Below are positions 28,217 to 37,031 of a DNA stretch of 64,000 nt, piece by piece. This DNA is from a virus. The stretch spans positions 32,001-96,000 of IMG/VR virus record IMGVR_UViG_3300029448_000001. One strand, written 5' to 3'. How positions within the stretch are numbered: the first letter of the stretch is position 1; the number at the start of each line of letters is the position of its first letter. A program made the position numbers and the translations under genes. The notes below the pieces were generated by a model that saw only the letters and a program-made list of their open reading frames with translations, did not search any database and was not told the DNA's origin.

Positions 28217-28660
28217 ATGTATTCACATAAACAACAATATCCTATAGAAAATTTACCAGAAAGAATAAGACTTTCTGATGGCTCAGTACGAACTGATTCT
28301 TCAACTTTTACTGCTGATGAAATAGCTGATGCAGGATATGTGAGTGTAAGTAATCCGCCTTCAATTACAGAAAAGCAACTTTTAAACTGGACAGGAACAG
28401 AATGGAGCATAGTTGATAATACAGCAAATGCAACTTCAAAAAAATGGAAAGAAATTAGGACTGAAAGAAATAGAAGAATAACTGAAGCAGATGCTAGAGT
28501 TATGAGATATCACGCATTTGCAAGACTTGGCAAAGAACAGATTGACGAAATTGATACTTTAGACACATACATTCAGGAATTGAGAGACATAACGACACAA
28601 TCTGACCCATTTAACATAAATTGGCCTACAGATATTACGGACGAAGGTGCTACTGAATAG
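28217..28660 (+). CDS. Tail fibre assembly chaperone-like protein
   Basis: WKEIRTERN...YIQELRDITTQSDPFNINWP. Confidence 0.75.
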   Translation: MYSHKQQYPIENLPERIRLSDGSVRTDSSTFTADEIADAGYVSVSNPPSITEKQLLNWTGTEWSIVDNTANATSKKWKEIRTERNRRITEADARVMRYHAFARLGKEQIDEIDTLDTYIQELRDITTQSDPFNINWPTDITDEGATE

Positions 28661-28668
28661 CATTTTTT

Positions 28669-28676
28669 TATAAATA
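28669..28676 (+). promoter_or_regulatory. Late promoter
   Basis: TATAAATA upstream of prohead core genes. Confidence 0.7.
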
Positions 28677-28713
28677 AATAAAAAATAAAATATATTAATA
28701 GGAGATTAACACA

Positions 28714-28896
28714 ATGAGCGACAGAGACAATCTTTTTAACATGCAATATTCGGCCGCTGAAGGTTCACCTAAAGACTTCAAAACAGCGTTGTCGCAAGAA
28801 CTTGAAAGTAGAATAAATAATATGCGAGAGAAAGAAAGAGTCTCACTAAGTAATGAAATTTTTAAATCTCAAGACGAAAAGGAAGCAGGAGAATGA
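28714..28896 (+). CDS. Prohead core protein, gp67-like
   Basis: Small helical protein, SD AGGAG, position before gp21. Confidence 0.55.
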   Translation: MSDRDNLFNMQYSAAEGSPKDFKTALSQELESRINNMREKERVSLSNEIFKSQDEKEAGE

Positions 28897-29183
28897 TACA
28901 TTTTAAAGACTTCATATTAGAAGAGAAACCAAATGCGAAACCTAAAGCTAAAGGGGAAGCAGACTTTGTTGCACAGCATGAAGTAGAAATGACAGACAAA
29001 GAAGACCAAGCAAAAAATTCAGCGAAAGTGGTCACAAAGAAATTTAAGAATAAAGCAGATAAAGAAAATGCTGTAAAAATGGGAGAAGAGGCGATAGATG
29101 AAAAAGAACTTTCTCCTCAAGAAAAGAAAAAGAAAAGTATACAGCAAATGAGAAAATTTGTTAGACAAAAAAAAGGTCATTAA
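28893..29183 (+). CDS. Small charged prohead core/internal protein (gp68 position)
   Basis: MIHFKDFILEE N-terminus; synteny. Confidence 0.5.
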   Translation: MIHFKDFILEEKPNAKPKAKGEADFVAQHEVEMTDKEDQAKNSAKVVTKKFKNKADKENAVKMGEEAIDEKELSPQEKKKKSIQQMRKFVRQKKGH

Positions 29184-29193
29184 GGAGTAATAA

Positions 29194-29841
29194 ATGAAAC
29201 TCATAACCGAAGTAAACGAAGCAATAAAAGTTTTGACTGAAGAAGATAAAGGTGGTAAAAAGCATTATTTTATTGAGGGCATCTTTATGCAGGCAGAACA
29301 AAAAAATCGAAACGGTAGAATGTACCCAAGAGAAATTTTACAAAAAGAATCTGAAAGATACTCTAAAGAATATGTTGATAAAAATCGTGCATATGGTGAA
29401 TTGGGTCACCCAGAAGGTCCTACTATCAATCTTGAAAGAGTATCACACTTAATTAAAGAACTCAAAGAAGACGGAAATAATTTTATCGGAAAAGCTAAAA
29501 TTATGGACACACCTTACGGAAATATTGTAAAAAATTTAATGAGTGAAGGTGCTACATTAGGAGTTTCTACAAGAGGTATGGGTTCTTTAGAAGAGAAAAA
29601 TGGAGTAAAAGTTGTAAAAGATGATTTTTATCTTGCTACGGCGGCTGATATAGTAGCTGACCCATCGGCACCTGATGCTTTTGTAAAAGGCGTTATGGAA
29701 AGTAAAGAATGGGTTTGGGATAATGGAATTATTAAAGAAGTTGAAGTTGCTCAAATGAAAAAGCAAATTGAAAAAACATCTAAAAAATTATTACCTGAAG
29801 AAAAAGTTCGTATCTTTAGTGAGTTTATATCTAAACTCTAA
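29194..29841 (+). CDS. gp21: Prohead protease
   Basis: KNRNGRMYP, GELGHP, GVSTRGMGS, DIVADPSAPDA. Confidence 0.95.
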   Translation: MKLITEVNEAIKVLTEEDKGGKKHYFIEGIFMQAEQKNRNGRMYPREILQKESERYSKEYVDKNRAYGELGHPEGPTINLERVSHLIKELKEDGNNFIGKAKIMDTPYGNIVKNLMSEGATLGVSTRGMGSLEEKNGVKVVKDDFYLATAADIVADPSAPDAFVKGVMESKEWVWDNGIIKEVEVAQMKKQIEKTSKKLLPEEKVRIFSEFISKL

Positions 29842-29845
29842 AAAT

Positions 29846-29853
29846 TATAAATA
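29846..29853 (+). promoter_or_regulatory. Late promoter
   Basis: TATAAATA upstream of gp22. Confidence 0.75.
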
Positions 29854-29887
29854 AAAGACAAATAGATTACTTTCATAGGAGAACAAG

Positions 29888-30886
29888 ATGTCAGATTTAG
29901 AAAAAACCCCAATAGCTGAAGAAGAAGTTCTTGATACTGCTGTTGCTGAAGAAGAAGTAGAACCAGTTTCAGAAGACGAGATTGTTGCCGAACAAACTTC
30001 TGAGAAAGAGGTAGAAGAAGTAGTAGAGAAAGAAATGCCTCCAGCTTTGAAAAAGTTCATGGATAAGAAAAAGAAAAATGGCGATGCGAAAAAAGATGAC
30101 GATTCTGATGATGATGAAGAAGAAGAGGATTCTAAAGAAGAAATGTATGGTGCTAAGAAGAAAAAAATGAAAGAAGATATTGATGCCATCTTTTCTGGTG
30201 AAGATTTAGACGAAGAGTTTAAATCAAAAGCTAAAGTTATTTTTGAAGCCGCTGTTGATACTAAAGTAGACAGTCAGATGGAAGAAGTTATTGAATATTA
30301 CGAACACAAAGCAGAGCAAGAAGCCACAGAACTTACTCACGTTCTCGCAGATAAATTAGATGAGTATCTTGATTATTTCATCAAAGAGTGGAAAGAAGAA
30401 AATAAAGTGGCAATTACAGCAAGTATTAAAACTGAAATAGCTGAAGACTTTTTAGTAGGCTTAAAGAATCTTTTCGCAGAGCATTATGTTGACATACCTC
30501 AAGAAAAGGTAGACTTAGTTAATGAGTTTTCTGAAAAAGTTGAAGGGTTAGAAAAAGAATACGATAAAGCTATCCAAGAGAATAAAAAATTATCTCTTGA
30601 AATAACAGAGTACAAGAAAGAAATGGTTATCGCTGAACATACTCATGACTTAACAGAAGTTCAAGCTGAAAAACTAAAAACTCTTTCTGAAAAAATAGAA
30701 TATGTTAGTGATGAAGATTATACAGAGAAAGTTTCTATGGTTCGTTCAAAGTATTTTGATGGCGAACAAGAAATAGTTAAAGCTGATGTGAATGATGAAA
30801 ATGAAACTTCATTACAGACAGAAGAATATAATCCAACAATGCAACATTATGTAAATAACATTGCAAAGGGTTTAAAGAAAGTTTAA
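29888..30886 (+). CDS. gp22: Prohead scaffolding protein
   Basis: Acidic coiled coil; EEFKSKAKVIFEAAV, GLKNLFAEHYVDIP. Confidence 0.92.
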   Translation: MSDLEKTPIAEEEVLDTAVAEEEVEPVSEDEIVAEQTSEKEVEEVVEKEMPPALKKFMDKKKKNGDAKKDDDSDDDEEEEDSKEEMYGAKKKKMKEDIDAIFSGEDLDEEFKSKAKVIFEAAVDTKVDSQMEEVIEYYEHKAEQEATELTHVLADKLDEYLDYFIKEWKEENKVAITASIKTEIAEDFLVGLKNLFAEHYVDIPQEKVDLVNEFSEKVEGLEKEYDKAIQENKKLSLEITEYKKEMVIAEHTHDLTEVQAEKLKTLSEKIEYVSDEDYTEKVSMVRSKYFDGEQEIVKADVNDENETSLQTEEYNPTMQHYVNNIAKGLKKV

Positions 30887-30902
30887 TGTAAATTTAATTT
30901 TT

Positions 30903-30910
30903 TATAAATA
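30903..30910 (+). promoter_or_regulatory. Late promoter
   Basis: TATAAATA upstream of gp23. Confidence 0.78.
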
Positions 30911-30951
30911 AATCAAGAGTAAATAACTACAAAGTTAAGGAGAAAAGAAAG

Positions 30952-32280
30952 ATGAACATTGAATCACTTGTTAAGAAATGGCAACCGGTTCTTGAACACC
31001 CAGACCTAAGTGAGATTAAAGATAGTTTGCGTAAAACAACTGTCGCTCAGTTACTGGAGAATCAAGAAGTTGCTTGTCGTGAAGGACAGTCAGGAGGTTA
31101 TACTGCCCCTCAATCACTTTTAGAGGCAGCCCCAGTAAACTCGATGGGTACTTCAGCAAGTCCATCTACAGTGGCCGCTGGAAACGTGGATATTTATGAC
31201 CCAGTATTGATTAGCTTAGTTCGTAGGGCTATGCCTAATTTAATTGCTTATGACATTTGCGGCGTACAGCCAATGACAGGTCCTACAGGACTTATCTTTG
31301 CTATGCGTTCTAGATTCTCATCACAAGGTGGTACTGAGGCTCTATTCAACGAAGCAAACACAGCCTTCCCTAATACAGTTCAAGCACAGACAGGCTCTTC
31401 ACCAGCAGACTTATCAGGTGGTACAGAGTATACAGTAGGTACTGGATTAACAACAGCCGCCGCTGAAGCATTAGGAGACGGAGCAGGACAAGACTTTCAG
31501 CAAATGGCATTCTCAATCGAGCGTGTTTCAGTTACAGCTAGAAGTCGTGCCTTAAAAGCAGAGTACACAATGGAACTCGCACAAGATTTGAAAGCAGTAC
31601 ACGGTCTTGATGCCGAGCAAGAATTAGCGAACATTCTTTCTACAGAGATTTTATCAGAAATCAATCGTGAAGTTGTTCGTCAAATTAACATTTCTGCTAC
31701 AATTGGTGCCCAAGAAAACGTAGCATCAGCAGGAACATTTAACCTTGACGTAGATGCTAACGGACGTTGGTCAGTAGAGAAATTTAAAGGCTTAATGTTC
31801 CAGTTAGAAAGAGAATCCAATGCGATTGCAAAAGCAACTCGTAGAGGAAAAGGTAATCTTATGATTTGTTCTTCTGACGTAGCATCAGCACTTCAGATGG
31901 CAGGCGTTCTAGATTACACACCAGCTCTTGCTTCTAACAACTTAGAAGTTGATGACACAGGAAATACTTTTGCAGGTGTTCTAAACGGACGTATTCGTGT
32001 ATATATCGACCCATACTTCTCAGCAACATCAGGAGTTCACTATGCTACAATAGGATATAAGGGTACATCAGCCTTTGATGCTGGATTGTTCTATTGCCCA
32101 TATGTACCATTGCAGATGGTCAGAGCAGTTGGTCAAGATACATTCCAACCAAAGATTGGTTTCAAGACACGTTATGGAATGGTAGCTAACCCATTCGCTA
32201 CATCAAGTGCAGACGGTGTAATTGCATTTGCTAAGAAGAATAGCTATTACAGAAGGATTGCTATTAGCAACATAATGTAA
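30952..32280 (+). CDS. gp23: Major capsid protein
   Basis: DICGVQPMTGPTGLIFAMR, ELAQDLKAVHGLDAE, YCPYVPL, FQPKIGFKTRYG. Confidence 0.97.
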   Translation: MNIESLVKKWQPVLEHPDLSEIKDSLRKTTVAQLLENQEVACREGQSGGYTAPQSLLEAAPVNSMGTSASPSTVAAGNVDIYDPVLISLVRRAMPNLIAYDICGVQPMTGPTGLIFAMRSRFSSQGGTEALFNEANTAFPNTVQAQTGSSPADLSGGTEYTVGTGLTTAAAEALGDGAGQDFQQMAFSIERVSVTARSRALKAEYTMELAQDLKAVHGLDAEQELANILSTEILSEINREVVRQINISATIGAQENVASAGTFNLDVDANGRWSVEKFKGLMFQLERESNAIAKATRRGKGNLMICSSDVASALQMAGVLDYTPALASNNLEVDDTGNTFAGVLNGRIRVYIDPYFSATSGVHYATIGYKGTSAFDAGLFYCPYVPLQMVRAVGQDTFQPKIGFKTRYGMVANPFATSSADGVIAFAKKNSYYRRIAISNIM

Positions 32281-32300
32281 ACCAGCATAGATTGGTAATT

Positions 32301-32332
32301 AAGGGGTAACTATTTAGTTGCCCCTTTTTTTT
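32301..32332 (+). terminator. Rho-independent terminator after gp23
   Basis: AAGGGGTAACTA-TT-TAGTTGCCCC followed by T8. Confidence 0.85.
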
Positions 32333-32348
32333 GCTTATAAATAATAGT

Positions 32349-32873
32349 ATGTCAGAACTAGATATACAACCATCAAATAATAGTTTTTTATCAAATAACA
32401 AATATCAATTTGTTATTGATAGACTCCCTCACTTCACATTTTTTGTACAAACAATTAGTTTGCCTTCTATGGCTTTAAATTCTACTTTAGTTACTAATCC
32501 TACAGTTGCAATTCCAGTACCAGGAAATCAATTATCATTCGGACCTTTAGTCTTATCTTTTATTGTAGATGAAGACTTGCAAGGTTGGTTTGAAATTTAC
32601 AATTGGATGGTACAACTAGGAAATCCAGAATCATTTGATAAGTTAGGAACATTAACAAAAGTAGCAGGACAAAATAATAGCGTAACTTCTGATGCTACAT
32701 TATTAGTAAAAACTAATTCAAATTTAGACAACTGGAATTTTGTATTTAAAGATATCTTTCCTACAGACTTGGCTGAATTAGCATTTTCTTCTATTGAAGG
32801 CCAAGACTTTCAATCATCTCAAGTTACATTTTCATACTCTCATTTTCAAGCAAAACGGGCTACAAGTATTTGA
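32349..32873 (+). CDS. gp3: Tail tube terminator / completion protein
   Basis: NFL-like start, FFVQTISLP, FIVDEDL..W.EIYNW, DIFPT; late promoter TATAAATA at 32336; ATG at 32349. Confidence 0.85.
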   Translation: MSELDIQPSNNSFLSNNKYQFVIDRLPHFTFFVQTISLPSMALNSTLVTNPTVAIPVPGNQLSFGPLVLSFIVDEDLQGWFEIYNWMVQLGNPESFDKLGTLTKVAGQNNSVTSDATLLVKTNSNLDNWNFVFKDIFPTDLAELAFSSIEGQDFQSSQVTFSYSHFQAKRATSI

Positions 32874-32899
32874 CATCATTGAATAATATATGATATACT
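32870..32899 (+). promoter_or_regulatory. Sigma70-type promoter for the uvsY/uvsW block
   Basis: TTGACA-N18-TATACT with extended TG. Confidence 0.65.
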
Positions 32900-32927
32900 G
32901 AAACTTTATACTATTGGAGAATTGTAA

Positions 32928-33107
32928 GTGGAAAAAGATAGAAAGTGGATTTTAGAATTAAAAAAACATCATGAAGTTCTTAACGAAAAAATAGAACGCA
33001 TAGAAAGAAATCCTAATCTTCATGCAAGACCTGAAGAGTTAAGTGAATTAAAAAAACAAAAATTATCCATAAAAGACATATTAGTAGATAATGGAGAACT
33101 GCATTGA
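32928..33107 (+). CDS. Small coiled-coil protein, YdcH/DUF465-like (59 aa, not in ORF track)
   Basis: GTG start after GGAG; MEKDRKWILELKKHHEVLNEKI...ELKKQKLSIKDIL. Confidence 0.65.
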   Translation: MEKDRKWILELKKHHEVLNEKIERIERNPNLHARPEELSELKKQKLSIKDILVDNGELH

Positions 33108-33538
33108 CATTAGACCAAATTCTTGAAGAGTGGAGAAAAGATTCAAAAATAGACACCACAAATTTTGATAATGAGTCTACTAAAATTCCAGTACTTCATA
33201 GTAAATATTTAAAAATATATTATGAAGAAAGAAAAAGATTAAAAGGTTATGAATTTCAATATAAAGAAATGCATAGAAAAAAATATGAATATTATAATGG
33301 TAGACTTTCCCAACAAGAGTTAGAAGACTTAGAATGGGAACCTTTTGTTAAAAGATTAATGAAAAATGAAATAGATACATATATTCAGAGTGATAAAGAT
33401 ATTTTACAATTAAATGCCAGAATAGCAAATCAATTAGAGAAAAATAGTTGCGTAGAAGATATTATAAAAAATATCAATCAAAGGAACTTTCAAATAAAAA
33501 ATGCAATCGAATGGAAAAAATTTACTCAGGGATTATAA
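33104..33538 (+). CDS. uvsY: Recombination mediator
   Basis: W.KDSKID, IPVLHSKYL, RNFQIKNAIEW. Confidence 0.9.
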   Translation: MTLDQILEEWRKDSKIDTTNFDNESTKIPVLHSKYLKIYYEERKRLKGYEFQYKEMHRKKYEYYNGRLSQQELEDLEWEPFVKRLMKNEIDTYIQSDKDILQLNARIANQLEKNSCVEDIIKNINQRNFQIKNAIEWKKFTQGL

Positions 33539-34997
33539 CAACATTTTAATATCAAAAATAAATGATGTTTATGCTCACATACATTGTGAGTCTTCCATGG
33601 CCAGGGAATTGAATGAGTATTTTACTTTTTATGTTCCTGGTTATAAATTTATGCCTCAATTTAGAAATAAAATATGGGACGGAAAAATTAGACTATTTGA
33701 TTTAAGGACTAATCAACTATATTATGGATTAATATCACATCTTGAAAAATTTTCAAAAGAAAGAAATTACAATATTATTTACAACGATAATATTGAAGCG
33801 AATGATGAATTCTCTTTGGCTGAAGCAGAAGATTTTATTTTAGATACAAAACTACCTATTAAACCTAGAGATTATCAAGTAAATGCGTTTACTTATGCAA
33901 TAAGAAATAGAAGAGCGTTGCTTGTTTCTCCTACTGCATCAGGCAAATCTCTTATCATATATTTAATCGCAAGATATTATTCTCTTAAAACTCTAGTCAT
34001 TGTTCCTACAATTTCATTAGTTGCTCAGTTGTATAAAGATTTTGAAGATTATGGATTTGATAGTAATAAACATGTTCATCAAATTATGGCTGGAGCAGAT
34101 AAACAAACTAATCATATGATTACTATTTCTACATGGCAATCAATTTATAAGTTACCTAAAAAATGGTTTTCGCAATTTGATTTAGTAATAGGTGATGAAG
34201 CACATTTATTTAAAGCAAAATCTTTAATCAGCATTTTAACAAAATTAGAAACTTGCAAATATAGGTTTGGATTAACTGGAACATTAGATGGTACTCAAAC
34301 ACATAGATTAGTATTAGAAGGTCTTTTTGGTAAAGTTAAAAAAATTACAACAACAAAAGAACTTATAGATGCAGGCAAATTAGCAAAATTCAAAATAAAA
34401 TGTTTAATTTTATCTTATGAAGATTCTATAAGAAATTCTTGTAAAAATTATAAGTATCAAGATGAAATAGGATTTTTGATTTCTTGCCACGAGAGAAATA
34501 TTTTTATTAGAAATTTAGCAAATAGTTTGGAAGGAAATACATTAATATTATATCAATTGGTAGAAAAGCACGGTAAAATATTATATAATATAATAAAAGA
34601 AAAAGCAATTCAAAGAGAAGTATTTTTTGTGCATGGTGGAGTAAATGTTGAAGAAAGAGAAAGTGTAAGAAAAATTACCGAAGAAGAAAACAATGCGATT
34701 ATAGTTGCTTCATACGGTACGTTTTCAACAGGAATAAATATAAGAAACTTACATAATATTATTTTTGCCTCTCCTAGTAAAAGTAAAATCAGAACATTAC
34801 AATCAATAGGAAGAGGACTTAGAATAGGAGATAATAAAGAGATTGCTACTTTATATGATATATCTGATGATCTTACATATAAAAGCAGAAAAAATTTTAC
34901 TATTCAACACTTTTCAGAGAGAATGAAATTTTACAATGAAGAAAAGTTTGATTATAAAATTTACACAATCAAACTAAGGAAAAAAAATGGAAGATAG
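33501..34997 (+). CDS. uvsW: SF2 DNA helicase
   Basis: RDYQ, SPTASGKS, DEAH, GLTGT, QSIGRGLR; exact start uncertain. Confidence 0.93.
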   Translation: MQSNGKNLLRDYNNILISKINDVYAHIHCESSMARELNEYFTFYVPGYKFMPQFRNKIWDGKIRLFDLRTNQLYYGLISHLEKFSKERNYNIIYNDNIEANDEFSLAEAEDFILDTKLPIKPRDYQVNAFTYAIRNRRALLVSPTASGKSLIIYLIARYYSLKTLVIVPTISLVAQLYKDFEDYGFDSNKHVHQIMAGADKQTNHMITISTWQSIYKLPKKWFSQFDLVIGDEAHLFKAKSLISILTKLETCKYRFGLTGTLDGTQTHRLVLEGLFGKVKKITTTKELIDAGKLAKFKIKCLILSYEDSIRNSCKNYKYQDEIGFLISCHERNIFIRNLANSLEGNTLILYQLVEKHGKILYNIIKEKAIQREVFFVHGGVNVEERESVRKITEEENNAIIVASYGTFSTGINIRNLHNIIFASPSKSKIRTLQSIGRGLRIGDNKEIATLYDISDDLTYKSRKNFTIQHFSERMKFYNEEKFDYKIYTIKLRKKNGR

Positions 34998-35361
34998 TAT
35001 ACAACTTATAAAATTAACGACAAACGAAACTATTGTATGCCAAATTATAGAGGAAAATGAATTTACAATTGTTGTTCGTTTACCTTACAAAGTAACAGCT
35101 ATAGGTGCCGAAACTAATAAACCTAAGATGGCTCTAATTAGATGGGACCATTTGATAGAAGCAACAGAAGATATTGTATTAAATAAAAATACAATAGTTG
35201 CTACTTGTATGCCTATAGAAGAATTGTATAACGTGTATGAAGAACTTTTAGTAAAACATGATTTGCCCCCCGAGGCTGAAGCAAAACTAAAAGATGATTT
35301 AGAAACTATTGAAAGATTATTATTAGAACAAATCAATGCTAAAGATTCAACTACACACTAA
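34987..35361 (+). CDS. Conserved hypothetical protein between uvsW and gp55
   Basis: IKLTTNETIVC beta-rich N-terminus; synteny. Confidence 0.7.
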   Translation: MEDSIQLIKLTTNETIVCQIIEENEFTIVVRLPYKVTAIGAETNKPKMALIRWDHLIEATEDIVLNKNTIVATCMPIEELYNVYEELLVKHDLPPEAEAKLKDDLETIERLLLEQINAKDSTTH

Positions 35362-35371
35362 GGACACAACT

Positions 35372-35401
35372 ATTATACGAAGATTTAAAACTGACTGTCA
35401 A
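35372..35401 (-). promoter_or_regulatory. Consensus sigma70 promoter, antisense orientation
   Basis: TTGACA-N18-TATAAT on the minus strand in the intergenic gap before gp55. Confidence 0.6.
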
Positions 35402-35418
35402 GACAAAAAGGAAATATT

Positions 35419-35946
35419 ATGGCGAACCAGCATTATGTAGATAATAAAAAATTTCTAGAAGAAATGAAAATATTTAGGAATAGTGTTATAGAAGCTAAAG
35501 AAAAAAATTTGGCTAGACCTATTGTTTCTAATTATATAGGCGAATGTATTTTTAAGATAGCTACTCATTTAGTTAGAAAACCTAATTTTAATAATTACAC
35601 ATTTAAAGAAGATATGATTTCTGATGGTGTTGAAAATTGTTTGCTTTACATTGATAACTTTAATCCGGCAAAATCAGAAAATCCATTTGCATATTTTACT
35701 CAAATAATATATTATGCATTTTTAAGAAGAATACAAAAAGAAAAAAAACATTTATATGTAAAGTATAAAGCTATGGAAAATGAAGTTATTGTTTCTTTAA
35801 TTGAAAACAACGGAGAAGATGTAGTTGTTAATCAACTAAGCGGTGTTCTTCATGACAGTTACAGTCAAGACTTTATCAATGACTTTATTAACACTTTTGA
35901 AAAAAGTAAAAGAAAGAAAACTAAAAAGAAAGAAAATGTTCAATGA
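35419..35946 (+). CDS. gp55: Late transcription sigma factor
   Basis: HYVDNKKF, DMISDGVENCL, NPFAYFTQIIYYAFLRRI. Confidence 0.95.
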   Translation: MANQHYVDNKKFLEEMKIFRNSVIEAKEKNLARPIVSNYIGECIFKIATHLVRKPNFNNYTFKEDMISDGVENCLLYIDNFNPAKSENPFAYFTQIIYYAFLRRIQKEKKHLYVKYKAMENEVIVSLIENNGEDVVVNQLSGVLHDSYSQDFINDFINTFEKSKRKKTKKKENVQ

Positions 35947-37031
35947 GAGTTTGTTTATTAGGTGATACTCATTTTGGTGTAAGAAATGATTCAAAGGTTT
36001 TTCATTCTTTTTTTGAAAAATTTTATAAAGAAACATTTTTTCCATTTTTAAAAAAAAATAAAATTGATACTGTAATTCAATTAGGCGACCTATTTGATAG
36101 AAGAAAATATATTAACTACTTATCTTTATCAGAGTGTTTAAGATATTTTTTTAAGCCTCTTGAAGAAAATAATATTACTATGCATACCTTGATTGGCAAT
36201 CATGATATCTTTTGGAAAGAAAAGTTAGCTGTCAATTCTCCCGACTTACTACTAAAAGATTTTGATAATATTCATATACACCAATCTCCTACAAAAATAA
36301 AACTAGGTGAATTAAATATTGATATTATACCTTGGATTTGTAAAGAGAATGAAAAAGAAGTTTTAGATTTTGTTAAAAAAAGTAAAAACAGATTATGTAT
36401 AGGTCACTTTGAACTTGATGGGTTTTTATTAAATCCAGGCACTTTAAATGTTGGAGGTAGAAGTGCTAAATTTTTAAAAAAATATGAAAAAGTTTTTAGT
36501 GGGCACTTTCATACTAAATCAAAAAAAGATAATGTAGAATATCTAGGAACTCCGTATGAACTTTTTTGGAATGATTATAAAGATGCAAAAGGATTTTATG
36601 TTTTTGATACAGAGACTTTAGATACTGAATTTATAAGAAACGAAAATAGAATTTTCTATAAATTTAAATATAATGATTCAAAAGAAGATTTTGATTTAAA
36701 CGAGTTTACAAAAACAATTAACAAGCTAAAAGATTTTTATAGAGATACATATGTAAAGGTTATAGTTGTAAATAAATCTAACCCCAAAACATTTGATAAA
36801 ATGATGGAAGAAATTTATAAATTGACTCCGCATGATGTCTCTGTCGTAGAAGACCATACAATAGATTTTTTAGGTGATGATAGTGATATTATTACTCAAG
36901 CTGAAGATACTGTAACTATCATGACAAAATATGTTGATGACTTGAAAATTAATACAAATAAAGATAAAATAAAGAACTTAGTAAGAGAATTATATATTGA
37001 GGCACTATCTACAAATACTATAAATGAATGA
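35943..37031 (+). CDS. gp47: Recombination endonuclease subunit (Mre11/SbcD-like)
   Basis: DTHFG, GDLFD, GNHD, GHFE, SGHFH. Confidence 0.93.
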   Translation: MRVCLLGDTHFGVRNDSKVFHSFFEKFYKETFFPFLKKNKIDTVIQLGDLFDRRKYINYLSLSECLRYFFKPLEENNITMHTLIGNHDIFWKEKLAVNSPDLLLKDFDNIHIHQSPTKIKLGELNIDIIPWICKENEKEVLDFVKKSKNRLCIGHFELDGFLLNPGTLNVGGRSAKFLKKYEKVFSGHFHTKSKKDNVEYLGTPYELFWNDYKDAKGFYVFDTETLDTEFIRNENRIFYKFKYNDSKEDFDLNEFTKTINKLKDFYRDTYVKVIVVNKSNPKTFDKMMEEIYKLTPHDVSVVEDHTIDFLGDDSDIITQAEDTVTIMTKYVDDLKINTNKDKIKNLVRELYIEALSTNTINE

